Shown piece by piece: positions 48,381 to 58,781 of a stretch of DNA of 64,000 nt (position 1 is its first letter; each line of letters begins with the position of its first letter). The notes under the pieces are model-generated. The model saw only the letters and a program-made list of their open reading frames with translations. It made no database searches and had not been told where the DNA came from. Position numbers and translations under genes: made by a program. The stretch is taken from the NCBI GenBank assembly GCA_025992315.1, contig DAJPHG010000001.1:810070-874069 (forward strand), given 5' to 3'. The DNA is from Bacilli bacterium. GTDB lineage: Bacteria; Bacillota_I; Bacilli_A; RF39; UBA660.

Positions 48381-49292
48381 ATGTTAATTATAGGATCTCA
48401 TGTATCTTTTAAAAATAACCAATTATATGGTAGTTTAAAAGAAGCATTAGGATATGGTGCAAATACATTTATGTTTTATACTGGTGCACCGACAAATACA
48501 GTAAGAAAAGAAATAAATGATAGTTTAACAATGGATGCATATGAACTTATGAATCAAAATGATATTAAATTAGCAAATATTGTTTGTCATGCCCCATATA
48601 TTGTTAACTTAGCAAATAGAAATGATGAAGAAAAATATAAATTTAGTGTAAACTTTTTAAAACAAGAAGTTAGCAGATGTGAAGAATTAGGAATTACTAA
48701 ATTAGTTTTACATCCAGGGAGTGCAGTTGCTACAACTAGAGCAAATGGTTTAAAAAATATCATAGATGGGATAAATCAAATTTTATATCCAGGGTGTAAA
48801 GTAACTATTTTACTTGAAACTATGGCTGGCAAAGGAAATGAACTTGGAATAAATTTAGATGAACTAAAAACAATAATTGATAATATTGAAATTAAAGAAA
48901 ATATTGGAGTTTGTTTAGATACATGTCATTTAAATGATGCTGGTTATGATATGGCGAATTTTGATTTATATTTAGATGATTTTGATAAAGAAATAGGCAT
49001 AGATAAAATAGGATGTATTCATATTAATGATAGTAAAAATCCAATTAATTCTCATAAAGATCGTCACGAGAATATAGGACTTGGAACTATTGGTTTTGAT
49101 AATTTAATTAAAGTAATTTATAACAAACGTCTTGAAAATATTCCTAAAATTTTAGAAACCCCTTATATTGATGATGAAGAAATTTCAAAAAAGCGTGTTT
49201 ATGCACCATACAAATTTGAAATAAAAATGATAAAAGATAAAACATTCAATAATAATTTATTAAATGATATTAAAGAGTATTATAAAAAGTAG
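48381..49292 (+). CDS. nfo: Endonuclease IV (AP endonuclease family 2)
   Basis: IGSHVS, HAPYIVNLA, LHPGS, LETMAGKGNELG, DTCH; RBS AGGGTGG. Confidence 0.85.
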   Translation: MLIIGSHVSFKNNQLYGSLKEALGYGANTFMFYTGAPTNTVRKEINDSLTMDAYELMNQNDIKLANIVCHAPYIVNLANRNDEEKYKFSVNFLKQEVSRCEELGITKLVLHPGSAVATTRANGLKNIIDGINQILYPGCKVTILLETMAGKGNELGINLDELKTIIDNIEIKENIGVCLDTCHLNDAGYDMANFDLYLDDFDKEIGIDKIGCIHINDSKNPINSHKDRHENIGLGTIGFDNLIKVIYNKRLENIPKILETPYIDDEEISKKRVYAPYKFEIKMIKDKTFNNNLLNDIKEYYKK

Positions 49293-49301
49293 GAGAGATT
49301 T

Positions 49302-49922
49302 ATGAGTAAAACTTATTATGTTCCAGTTAATCAAATTAAAGAAAATCAAAATATTTATGATATTAATTTATATGCCGGTTATAATTTTTCAAATATAAAT
49401 CTATTTAAAAATGAGCAATCTATAAATAGAGTAAAAGCTAGTAATTTAGATGATTTAAAATTAATTGTCAATTATAATGAGGAAAAACAAATTGCTAAAG
49501 AAATATTGACTAATGTAAGTGTTCCTATTATTAAAGTGTGTTATAAAGACGCTGAATTATCTAATTCTCCAATAACATGTAGTTTAGATCCTTCTTTACA
49601 CAAAACTAAAACAATTAATACTGCAGCACTATATATTTTAGATAAATCATATTATGATGAGAAAAATAATCTTCATAGTTTAACGTTTAATGAAAATAGT
49701 GACTTAGAAAATATGAATCCTCGTGATGCAATAACTATTTTAGAAACTTATCGTTATCTTTATGATTCTGAAAACATGAAAAAAATGCTTACTTATTTAA
49801 AAGAACAAGGTAAGTTAAATGCAAGAAAAGCCTTTTATAATTTTCTTGAAGCTGCTTCTAACGAATATATAAACTCAAAAGAAGTTAAAACTTTAATAAA
49901 AAAATTAAAAAACCATTCTTAA
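49302..49922 (+). CDS. Hypothetical protein
   Basis: ORF with RBS; no motif. Confidence 0.25.
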   Translation: MSKTYYVPVNQIKENQNIYDINLYAGYNFSNINLFKNEQSINRVKASNLDDLKLIVNYNEEKQIAKEILTNVSVPIIKVCYKDAELSNSPITCSLDPSLHKTKTINTAALYILDKSYYDEKNNLHSLTFNENSDLENMNPRDAITILETYRYLYDSENMKKMLTYLKEQGKLNARKAFYNFLEAASNEYINSKEVKTLIKKLKNHS

Positions 49923-50182
49923 TTTAAAAATGGTTTAAACTTAAGAGAATACTCTTTGAAGAGTATTTTTATTTTTTCAAAATTATTTTCGGAATAGTAT
50001 TGTTTATAAGAATCTAAATTAAAGTTATCGTAATTATTAATTATTTCAAGACCATGTGATTTTACAAATTTATATGTAAATTCTAACTCTTGTTTACTAA
50101 GAACTATATTATGCATTAATGCAAAACTAGTTATTTGTTCTTTTGTTAATTTTTTTAAATAATTATTAATTAAATTATTCAT
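49919..50182 (-). CDS. Hypothetical small protein
   Basis: 87-aa ORF convergent with the previous gene. Confidence 0.2.
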   Translation of the reverse strand: MNNLINNYLKKLTKEQITSFALMHNIVLSKQELEFTYKFVKSHGLEIINNYDNFNLDSYKQYYSENNFEKIKILFKEYSLKFKPFLN

Positions 50183-50257
50183 TTTTCACCTCTAGTTTAT
50201 TGTATGAAAATGTATAGTTATTTAATACTTATTTATAATAAATATTAAGGTGATTCT

Positions 50258-52237
50258 ATGGGGAATATTAAAAAAATTAGTATTTATGGAATTGTTATCT
50301 TATTATTTTTATTTATTATTTTTATATTAGGTTATATTAACATATATAAGCATAATTTTTATGCTAGAAAGTTAGACGATAAACAGAATAAATATATTTC
50401 TTTAACATCTGCACCAAGAGGTAGAATATTAGATAGAAATGGCAATATTTTAGTGGATAATATTGGAGTTAAAACAATAGTTTATAAAAAGAGTAATTCT
50501 GTAAAGAAAACAGATGAAATAGAAATAGCTAAGAAATTAGCTGATTTAATAACTTTAGATTATAATGAAAGTATAAGAGAACTAAAAGATTATTATATTT
50601 TATTAAATAAGGAGAAGACAGATAATTTAATAACTGATAAAGAATATGACTTATATAATAATAGAAAATTATCAAATGATGATTTATATAAATATAAATT
50701 AGAACGAATTACTGAGGAAATGCTTTCTACTTTTAATGATAAAGATAGATTAACTGCTCATATATATTCTTTAATGAATAAAGGCTATAAGTATGAAATA
50801 AAAATTATTAAGGATAAAGATGTAACTGAGGAAGAATATGCTAAGATTATTGAGAGTAATATAGAAGGAGTTACTGGAAGTATAAGTTGGGAAAGAACAT
50901 ATCCATATAATAATGTTTTAAGAAAAATATTTGGTACTGTAAGCAGTCGAGAAAATGGAGTCCCTAATGATAAAAAAAGTTATTATTTAAATAAAGGTTA
51001 TAGTTTAAATGATAGAGTAGGAACAAGTTATTTAGAAGAGTATTATGAAGAATATTTAAAAGGGAAAAAGGCTATTTATAAAGTTAATAATGATAATACT
51101 TTAACTTTAGTAGAAAAAGAAGAAAAAGGAAATGATTTAGTGTTATCTATTGATATTAATTTACAAATGGAAGTGGAAAAAATTATTCAAGATAAAATAA
51201 TTGCTGGTAAGAAGTTAAAAAATACAGAGTATTATAATCATGCTTATGCAATTATAAGTAATCCAAATGATGGCAGTATTTTAACTATGGCTGGTCAACG
51301 TTTAAATGAAAATACTAATGAGTTTAGTGATATATCACCTAATATAATAAATTCTGCATATACAATGGGTTCTGTAGTTAAAGGAGCAAGTCAAACGGTG
51401 GGATATCAAACTAATGTTATTGAGCCTAATAAATATATGACTGATTCATGTGTTAAATTGTATTTAGTTCCAGAAAAATGTTCTTTTAAAAGGTTAGGAA
51501 GAATAAATGATATTACGGCTTTAAAATGGTCTAGTAATTATTATCAATTTATTACAGCTATTAAAGCAAGTGGAAAAACATATCGTTATAATATGAAGCT
51601 TAATTCTACAAAAGATGATTTTAAACGATATAGAGATACATTTGCTTCATATGGTTTAGGCGTTTTAACGGATATTGATTTGCCAAATGAAAAACCAGGA
51701 ATAATTGGAACAAAACAAGCGGATGATTTGCTATTAAATCTTTCAATAGGACAATATGATACTTATACGCCAATAGAACTGGTTCAATATATAAATACTA
51801 TCGCTAATAATGGTAAAAGAATAAAATTAAGTTTAATGAATAAAATTGTTGATAGTGATAATAATGTTATTAAAAAAAATGATAGTAAAGTTTTAAATAC
51901 TGTAGAGTTAGATAATTATTACTTTGAGCGTTTAAAAGAAGGATTTAGACAAGTACTTGATGGAGGAACAGGAGCTGGTTATACTGAATTAAAATATAAA
52001 CCTGCAGGAAAAACAGGAACAAGTGAATCTTTTTATGATAGTGATCTAGATGGAAAGGTTGATGTTAAAACTATATCAATGTCATATGCAATGTTTGCAC
52101 CGGTAGATAATCCTAAATATAGCTTAGTAGTTATTTCGCCAAATGTAAGTCACACTAATGGCAAAACTGAATATATAGCTTATATTAATAAGCATATCAG
52201 CAAAGAAGTTTCAAAAATTCTCTTTGAAAATTACTAA
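50258..52237 (+). CDS. Class B penicillin-binding protein (transpeptidase)
   Basis: N-terminal TM helix; SxxK (TMGSVVKGAS), SSN, KTGT (AGKTGTSE). Confidence 0.8.
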   Translation: MGNIKKISIYGIVILLFLFIIFILGYINIYKHNFYARKLDDKQNKYISLTSAPRGRILDRNGNILVDNIGVKTIVYKKSNSVKKTDEIEIAKKLADLITLDYNESIRELKDYYILLNKEKTDNLITDKEYDLYNNRKLSNDDLYKYKLERITEEMLSTFNDKDRLTAHIYSLMNKGYKYEIKIIKDKDVTEEEYAKIIESNIEGVTGSISWERTYPYNNVLRKIFGTVSSRENGVPNDKKSYYLNKGYSLNDRVGTSYLEEYYEEYLKGKKAIYKVNNDNTLTLVEKEEKGNDLVLSIDINLQMEVEKIIQDKIIAGKKLKNTEYYNHAYAIISNPNDGSILTMAGQRLNENTNEFSDISPNIINSAYTMGSVVKGASQTVGYQTNVIEPNKYMTDSCVKLYLVPEKCSFKRLGRINDITALKWSSNYYQFITAIKASGKTYRYNMKLNSTKDDFKRYRDTFASYGLGVLTDIDLPNEKPGIIGTKQADDLLLNLSIGQYDTYTPIELVQYINTIANNGKRIKLSLMNKIVDSDNNVIKKNDSKVLNTVELDNYYFERLKEGFRQVLDGGTGAGYTELKYKPAGKTGTSESFYDSDLDGKVDVKTISMSYAMFAPVDNPKYSLVVISPNVSHTNGKTEYIAYINKHISKEVSKILFENY

Positions 52238-52283
52238 TTGTTTGATATAATAGATTTGCGTTAATTTAAAGGAGGGAAGTATT

Positions 52284-52448
52284 ATGGCAAAAAATGAAAA
52301 TCGTAGCAATGTTGCATTAAAATGTACTAAATGTAAAAGAGATAATTATTATACAAGCAAAAATAAAAAGAATACTACTGAAAAATTAATATTAAATAAA
52401 TTTTGTAAAGATTGTCGTGAGAAAACTGAACATAAAGAAGCAAAATAG
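52284..52448 (+). CDS. rpmG: 50S ribosomal protein L33 (absent from the ORF track: below the size cutoff)
   Basis: MAKNENRSNVALKCTKCKRDNYYTSKNKKNTTEKLILNKFCKDCREKTEHKEAK; RBS AAGGAGGGAAG. Confidence 0.8.
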   Translation: MAKNENRSNVALKCTKCKRDNYYTSKNKKNTTEKLILNKFCKDCREKTEHKEAK

Positions 52449-52456
52449 TTTGGAAG

Positions 52457-52693
52457 TTGATTAAAATGAATTATTTATTAAATCTAAAACGTATGATGTT
52501 AAAGATGAAGCCTATTGGAAATTCTTGCTTTTATGATGAAACTAAGAAGTATGGAAATTGTGGTAATTTTAATGAATACGAAAATGCGTTTAGTAAAAAA
52601 TTATTAAAAGAAGAGAATACATGTGGATATACTCGTAAGCTTATTGATGTTCAAAGTACTAGAAGAAAAGTTAAAAATAGAGGTGGAAAATAA
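52457..52693 (+). CDS. Hypothetical small Cys-containing protein; may be spurious
   Basis: 78-aa ORF overlapping the efp start by ATGA. Confidence 0.15.
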   Translation: MIKMNYLLNLKRMMLKMKPIGNSCFYDETKKYGNCGNFNEYENAFSKKLLKEENTCGYTRKLIDVQSTRRKVKNRGGK

Positions 52694-53253
52694 TGAATAT
52701 AAATATAAATGATATTAAAAATGGAATGACTGTTATTATAGATGGAAATCTATGTTTAATTCAAGAATTCCAACATGTTAAGCCTGGCAAAGGTCCTGCT
52801 TTTGTTAGAATTAAACTTAAAAATTTAAGAACTGGATCTATTGTAGAAAATACTTTTAATACTAATATTAAAATTGAAAAAGCTCATGTAGATCGTAAAA
52901 AAATGCAATATTTATATTCTGCTGGTACTAATTATGTTTTCATGGATTGTGAAACTTATGAACAAGTAGAAATTCCTGAAGAAAAATTAGAAGAAGAAAA
53001 GAAATTTTTAAAAGAAAATTTAGAAATAGATATTTCTTATTATGAAGGTGAAATAATTGGTATAACATTACCAGAAAAAATTGAATATGAAGTTGTTGAA
53101 ACATTTGATGCTACAAAAGGGAATACAACTAATAATGCAATGAAAGACGCAACAATAGAAACAGGTTATGTTGTTAAAGTTCCATTATTTATTTCTAATG
53201 GTGAGAAAATAATTATTTCTACAAAAGATGGAAAATATTGTTCTAGAGCTTAA
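52693..53253 (+). CDS. efp: Elongation factor P
   Basis: VKPGKGPAFVRIKLKNLRTG loop with the modified Lys. Confidence 0.9.
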   Translation: MNININDIKNGMTVIIDGNLCLIQEFQHVKPGKGPAFVRIKLKNLRTGSIVENTFNTNIKIEKAHVDRKKMQYLYSAGTNYVFMDCETYEQVEIPEEKLEEEKKFLKENLEIDISYYEGEIIGITLPEKIEYEVVETFDATKGNTTNNAMKDATIETGYVVKVPLFISNGEKIIISTKDGKYCSRA

Positions 53254-53323
53254 TGGCTCTTTTTTATTTATTATATAGACAAACAAATGTACTTGTTTTA
53301 TAATAGGATTAGGAAGTGATAAT

Positions 53324-53947
53324 TTGAATAGAATTGAGTTTATAAAAAATGATAACTGTATTGACGTTAATAAGCGTGATAAAAAAGATTTACAAAATTT
53401 AAGAAATAAGATCAAAAATAAATTAAGAAATACTAGTTATATGATTAATCTAAGAACTAATTTTGTTGCAACTATTAATAATAGAAATATAGGAAAGCTG
53501 TTACATCCCGCTCCTAATTTTAATCCTTATGATAAAAACTATATAAATAACTTAAATGCCTTATTTGAAATTGAACAACTTTTTAAAATTGCGGTTTATA
53601 TAACTTCTTTAAAGCCAATGAAGGGCAAAGAAAACAAAAAAAGTTTAAAGAAATATCATCATTTTGTAGCACCTTTAATTATGAATGGCAAAAAGTATAA
53701 AGTTTTATTAACGGCATTAGAAAAGAGTACGTCTAAAGTTTTATTTATTAATTCTTTAGATGTATGTAAGATAAATTTTTATCTAGATTCTATTTTTTAT
53801 ATCAATTCTATTTCTTTGAAACATCTTATTAAAAATGTAAAAATTTATAATTATGATGATGAAGATTTCATAGAATATAATTTAGATGATATAATTTCTA
53901 AAAATGATTTTATAAAAGAGGAATCAGAAGTGTTTTTACTAAGCTAA
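53324..53947 (+). CDS. Hypothetical protein
   Basis: 207-aa basic protein; no motif. Confidence 0.25.
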   Translation: MNRIEFIKNDNCIDVNKRDKKDLQNLRNKIKNKLRNTSYMINLRTNFVATINNRNIGKLLHPAPNFNPYDKNYINNLNALFEIEQLFKIAVYITSLKPMKGKENKKSLKKYHHFVAPLIMNGKKYKVLLTALEKSTSKVLFINSLDVCKINFYLDSIFYINSISLKHLIKNVKIYNYDDEDFIEYNLDDIISKNDFIKEESEVFLLS

Positions 53948-54007
53948 TTTATAGATTGAAAAACATTTAAGTAATGTAGTATAATTACTATAGTGAGGTA
54001 GATAGTT

Positions 54008-54373
54008 ATGAATAAAAAAGGTTATACAGTAGTTGATTTGGTTATAGTAATAGCAGTTTTAGGAGTAATGACAGTATTTATGATATCAAAAGTTTCATAT
54101 GCTTTGAGTGATGATAATTCACAAATGTATGATTTAGAAGTTAAATTAATAGAAACTCAAGCAAAAGCTTATGGAAGTACAAAAATTGAAGAGTTAAAAC
54201 AAAATGATTCGATTGTTACAGTTAATTCTTTAATAAAAGATAATTATTTACAAGCAGATGATGATTCTGGTAATATTTATGACCCTAGAGATAAAAGAAA
54301 AACATTAAATGATGTAAAAGTATCTTTATCATATAATCAAGATACTAATGAAGTAGTGGCTAAATTAAAATAG
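54008..54373 (+). CDS. Pilin/pseudopilin-like protein with a prepilin-type N-terminus (Asp at +5)
   Basis: MNKKGYTVVDLVIVIAVLGVMTVF. Confidence 0.45.
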   Translation: MNKKGYTVVDLVIVIAVLGVMTVFMISKVSYALSDDNSQMYDLEVKLIETQAKAYGSTKIEELKQNDSIVTVNSLIKDNYLQADDDSGNIYDPRDKRKTLNDVKVSLSYNQDTNEVVAKLK

Positions 54374-54378
54374 AAAGT

Positions 54379-55845
54379 TTGTTTATAATGGTACAAAGAA
54401 TTAATAATATTGGTAATAAGAAGTTAGTTGGATCATGTTTTTTAATAGCCGTACTTATAATGGTAATTAGTTTTGCATACGCTTATTGGAATATGAGCTT
54501 TACACAAACTGGAAAAACAGTTAGTAGTTATGATTGCTTTGATGTTAAATTTGTAGAAGAAAAAGATGGCGTTACATTAACAAATGGCTATCCGCTTAGT
54601 GATGAAGCTGGTTTAGGAACGGAGAGCTATGATGTTACAATTACAAATGTCTGTAATACTATAACTAGTTATGATGTTGTTTTAAATAAATTAGATACAT
54701 CTACTTTAAAAGATGATTATATTAAAATTGCTGTTAATGATGATATAGAACTTCTTAGTGATACTAAAACAGTTAAATCAAATTTGGCAAATGCTTTAGA
54801 AGGAAAAGTTATTTTATCAGGCGTTCTTCTTGAAAATCAAAGTAAAACAATAAGTATTAGAAATTGGATGGATATAGATACACCAGAAGAAGAGGGAACA
54901 AATAAAGTTTTAGAATATAAGATTACTATAGAAGCTACAGCGGGTGAAAGTAATTTATTAGCTTCAAATATTTTAAAAAATAACATTGTTAATGAATCAC
55001 CTAATTATTTAATAGGAGAGCCGCCATCTAGTTCTTCAAATACAGGTAGTGGATTATACAAAGCTGAAGACAATGATGGGGATAGTTATTATTATCGTGG
55101 TGCTGTTTCAAATAACTATGTTTTGTTTGCGGGGATAACATGGCGCATAGTTCGAATCAATGGTGATGGAACTATCAGAATAATAATGCAAGATAGTTCT
55201 TTAAGAGATATATTTAATACTGCAGGAGACGGTCACAAGTATACAGGCTTTACTTATGATAATGAAAGCTTATGTAGTTTAGATAATCAATGTATTACAA
55301 CATTTGATGTTAATTCTAAAACTTTTACAAATAATAAAAATGTAACTAACAGTACTATAAAATCAACTTTGGAAAATTGGTATATATCTAATTTATCTGA
55401 TTTTGACTCTCATATTGCTTTAACAAATTATTGTGCTGACACTTATTATACGGTTGGAGGAGATTGGCACACTTACGGTGCATTTACTAGAGTTAGCCAA
55501 GGAAATCCAAGCTTCCTTTGCACTAATCCAAATGATACATACGGTGGATCTTATAAATTAAAGATTGGACTTTTAAGTTTGGATGAGTTTAACATGGCAG
55601 GGTATGGTTATAATGAAGCAGCAAATGCAAGCAATTATTTATACATAACTAGAAGCGAATGGACTATGACTCCTAGATATTCATCATCAACAAAATCTGC
55701 AGTTTGCACAACAAAAAATGGAAATGCTAATGAAAATTATATTACGTCTTATACTGAAACTTATCGACCAGTAATAAATTTGAATGCAAATGTAGAGATA
55801 TCTGGAGGAAATGGAAGCTCATTAAAGCCATATATTATAAAATAA
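54379..55845 (+). CDS. Large secreted or membrane-anchored protein (possible pilus-associated or adhesin)
   Basis: N-terminal hydrophobic helix, Thr/Ser/Asn-rich ectodomain; ATG 5 nt after the pilin-like gene. Confidence 0.3.
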   Translation: MFIMVQRINNIGNKKLVGSCFLIAVLIMVISFAYAYWNMSFTQTGKTVSSYDCFDVKFVEEKDGVTLTNGYPLSDEAGLGTESYDVTITNVCNTITSYDVVLNKLDTSTLKDDYIKIAVNDDIELLSDTKTVKSNLANALEGKVILSGVLLENQSKTISIRNWMDIDTPEEEGTNKVLEYKITIEATAGESNLLASNILKNNIVNESPNYLIGEPPSSSSNTGSGLYKAEDNDGDSYYYRGAVSNNYVLFAGITWRIVRINGDGTIRIIMQDSSLRDIFNTAGDGHKYTGFTYDNESLCSLDNQCITTFDVNSKTFTNNKNVTNSTIKSTLENWYISNLSDFDSHIALTNYCADTYYTVGGDWHTYGAFTRVSQGNPSFLCTNPNDTYGGSYKLKIGLLSLDEFNMAGYGYNEAANASNYLYITRSEWTMTPRYSSSTKSAVCTTKNGNANENYITSYTETYRPVINLNANVEISGGNGSSLKPYIIK

Positions 55846-55893
55846 AAATAGACCTAATAGGTCTTTTTTGATATAATAAAATTGGTGATAAAA

Positions 55894-56289
55894 ATGGCAT
55901 TAACTAGAAGTGATTTAAGAGAAAAAATTATGATAATTTTATATCAGATAGAAATACTTAAAAGATATAATGTTGAATATGATATAAATGAAGTTATTAA
56001 AGATAATATGCAAATTGAAAATGAATTTGTAGAAAATATTGTGTATGGAGTAATTACTCATGAAAATGAAATAAATGCAAAAGCTAATTCATTAATGAAA
56101 GATTGGAGTATTGATAGAATAGATAAAACCGGTGCTTCAATTTTAAGAATGGCATTATATGAATTAGAATATTTAGATACTCCTCAAATAGTTGTTATTA
56201 ATGAAGCTGTTGAACTTGCAAAAAAATATAGCGATGATAACGTTCGTAAAATTATAAATGCGGTTTTAGATAAGGCAGCAAATGAATAG
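55894..56289 (+). CDS. nusB: Transcription antitermination factor NusB
   Basis: RSDLREKIMIILYQ..., RMALYEL, INEAVELAK. Confidence 0.8.
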   Translation: MALTRSDLREKIMIILYQIEILKRYNVEYDINEVIKDNMQIENEFVENIVYGVITHENEINAKANSLMKDWSIDRIDKTGASILRMALYELEYLDTPQIVVINEAVELAKKYSDDNVRKIINAVLDKAANE

Positions 56290-57190
56290 CAAACTAGAAG
56301 AAAAATTTAATAAATGTAGAGAAGATGCTTTTATTGATTTAGATAAATTTCTTTTAGAAAATAAATATGATGATGTAAAGATTTTACAGCAACAAACTTC
56401 TGTAAAGGAATATTTTTGCAATGATGGAGGAATAATTTATAAACCTCAAACTAATCTTTACGAATGTTATGTTGAAGTTATAATGTATAATTTAGCTAAA
56501 CTTTTAAATATTGATTGTGCTTATTATGATTTAGGCTTTGACAGTGATACAATAGGAAATATTACAATTGATTTTAAAAAAGAAAATTATAACTATTATA
56601 GTTTAACTAATATTATAGATGATTATACAAAATTTTATAAAGAAAGACATAGTTCTATAGAGGTTATGGTTTATACAAATAATCTAGAAAATATATGGGA
56701 TGCATTATATTCTAAGTATTATTCTTTAGATAATTATGAAGAAATAGTAAAGAAATTAATGGATCAGTTAGTAGAAATATTTTGCTTTGATTTATTAACG
56801 ATTAATAACGATAGAAATCTAAATAATTTAATAATTGCTGAAAGTAAAGATTTAACAAATATTAGTTTTGCTCCTATATTTGATAATTCTCTAAGTTTAA
56901 ACTATTCTAAGACTTCAAGAATGGGTGTAGAGATTGATTGGCAAGAATATGATCATTTTACTCTTTTAGCTAAATTTTTAAGCGCATCTTCTACAGAATA
57001 TCTAGAAAAATTTAAAAGCATGTATGAGAAATTTGATATTAGTTTATTAAAAAGTGCTATAATTGCTACAGAACAACAAATAAATGGTAATTTGCCTAAT
57101 AAAATTAAAGAACAATTAATTCATAACTTTTGTGAAAACAGAGCTAAATTTGGTGATGTTTTAGAAAACTATAAAAATAAGGAGCGTTAA
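56282..57190 (+). CDS. HipA-like Ser/Thr kinase C-terminal-domain protein (putative)
   Basis: FDLLTINNDRNLNNLII (cf. HipA catalytic loop) and APIFDNSLSL (cf. APLYD). Confidence 0.35.
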   Translation: MNSKLEEKFNKCREDAFIDLDKFLLENKYDDVKILQQQTSVKEYFCNDGGIIYKPQTNLYECYVEVIMYNLAKLLNIDCAYYDLGFDSDTIGNITIDFKKENYNYYSLTNIIDDYTKFYKERHSSIEVMVYTNNLENIWDALYSKYYSLDNYEEIVKKLMDQLVEIFCFDLLTINNDRNLNNLIIAESKDLTNISFAPIFDNSLSLNYSKTSRMGVEIDWQEYDHFTLLAKFLSASSTEYLEKFKSMYEKFDISLLKSAIIATEQQINGNLPNKIKEQLIHNFCENRAKFGDVLENYKNKER

Positions 57191-57191
57191 G

Positions 57192-58469
57192 ATGGAAGAA
57201 AAGAAGTATGTAAGTATTAGTTTAATTAATAAAGCAATAAAAAATGTAATTGACGCTCAGCCATTTTTAAATAAAGTCTATTTAAAAGGTGAAATATCTA
57301 ATTTTAAGGGTCATACTAGAGGACATTTATATTTTACTTTAAAAGATGAATCAAGTCGTATAAGTGCAGTTATGTTTGCTTCAGCTGCTTCATCTTTGAC
57401 TTTTACGCCAGCTGATGGAATGAATGTTTTAGTTGAAGGAAGAATTAGTGTTTATGAAGCAAATGGTGGTTATCAAATATACGTTGATAAAATGGATGAA
57501 GATGGTATTGGTAATCTATATTTGGAATATGAAAAACTAAAGAAAAAATTAGCTAGTGAAGGTTTGTTTGATGAAAAACACAAGCTTCCTATACCTAAGT
57601 ATCCTAATACAATAGGTATTATTACAGCACCAACAGGAGCAGCAGTTAGAGATATTATAAGTACAATAAAGCGAAGATACCCTCTAAGCCAAACAATTCT
57701 TTTTCCAACTCTTGTTCAAGGAGAGCTAGCAAAAGATAATATTGTAAAACAAATAGAAACTGCTCAAAATTATGATTTAGATTTAATTATATGCGGTCGT
57801 GGTGGAGGATCAATAGAAGATTTGTGGGCTTTTAACGAGGAATGTGTTGCCCGAGCTATTTATGATTCTAAAATTCCTATAATAAGTGCAGTTGGTCATG
57901 AGCCAGATTTTACAATAGCTGATTATGTTGCTGATCTAAGAGCACCAACACCAACGGGAGCAGCTGAAATGGCTGTACCTAATTTAGTGGATTTAAAAAC
58001 ATTGATTAATCAATATGAAATTAGACTTAATGAAGCGATAAACAATAAAATTAAAAATTATTCAAAACAATTAGAAAAAATAAAAGATTCATTTATTTTA
58101 AAAAATCCTTTAAGTATGTATGAAGTAAAAGAACAAAAATTAGACAACTTAATAAATATTTTAAATAGTTATATAAAGAATCTTTTAGAATATAAAAAAC
58201 AGCAATATAACAATATTACATCAAAATATATATTAAAAAATCCATTAACTATGTACGAAAAGAAAGAACACCAATTTCAACTATTATTAAATAAAATAAC
58301 TATTTTAAATCCTTTAAAAATTTTAGAAAAAGGTTATTCTGTAGTTGAATGTGAAAATAATATTATAAATAGTACAGAAAATGTTAAAATTGACGATGTT
58401 TTAAATATTAAATTATCTAAAGGTAATTTAAAAGCTAAAGTAACAGAAATAGGAAAGGATGATGAATAA
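57192..58469 (+). CDS. xseA: Exodeoxyribonuclease VII large subunit
   Basis: OB-fold N-terminus, GHEPDFTIADYVADLRAPTPTGAAE. Confidence 0.85.
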   Translation: MEEKKYVSISLINKAIKNVIDAQPFLNKVYLKGEISNFKGHTRGHLYFTLKDESSRISAVMFASAASSLTFTPADGMNVLVEGRISVYEANGGYQIYVDKMDEDGIGNLYLEYEKLKKKLASEGLFDEKHKLPIPKYPNTIGIITAPTGAAVRDIISTIKRRYPLSQTILFPTLVQGELAKDNIVKQIETAQNYDLDLIICGRGGGSIEDLWAFNEECVARAIYDSKIPIISAVGHEPDFTIADYVADLRAPTPTGAAEMAVPNLVDLKTLINQYEIRLNEAINNKIKNYSKQLEKIKDSFILKNPLSMYEVKEQKLDNLINILNSYIKNLLEYKKQQYNNITSKYILKNPLTMYEKKEHQFQLLLNKITILNPLKILEKGYSVVECENNIINSTENVKIDDVLNIKLSKGNLKAKVTEIGKDDE

Positions 58470-58693
58470 TGGAAAATGAAAAAACATTTGAACAATCATT
58501 AAATGAATTAGAAATTATTGTTAAAGAACTAGAACAAGGAAATGTTGATTTAGAAAAATCAATTGAAAAATATACAACTGCTATGAATTTAGCAAAAGAT
58601 TGCGGTAATAAATTAAATGATGCCACAGCAAAAGTAAATAAAATTCTTAGTGAAAACGGAACTTTAGAAGATTTTGAAATAAAAGAAGATTAA
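58469..58693 (+). CDS. xseB: Exodeoxyribonuclease VII small subunit
   Basis: FEQSLNELEIIVKELEQGNVDLEKSIEKY. Confidence 0.8.
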   Translation: MENEKTFEQSLNELEIIVKELEQGNVDLEKSIEKYTTAMNLAKDCGNKLNDATAKVNKILSENGTLEDFEIKED

Positions 58694-58781
58694 TGTATAA
58701 AATTTTATACATTTTTTTATTGCCATTAATTGGTCTAATTGCTTTTGTGCTTTAGTTAATACTAATAGTGGAAGTGATTAT

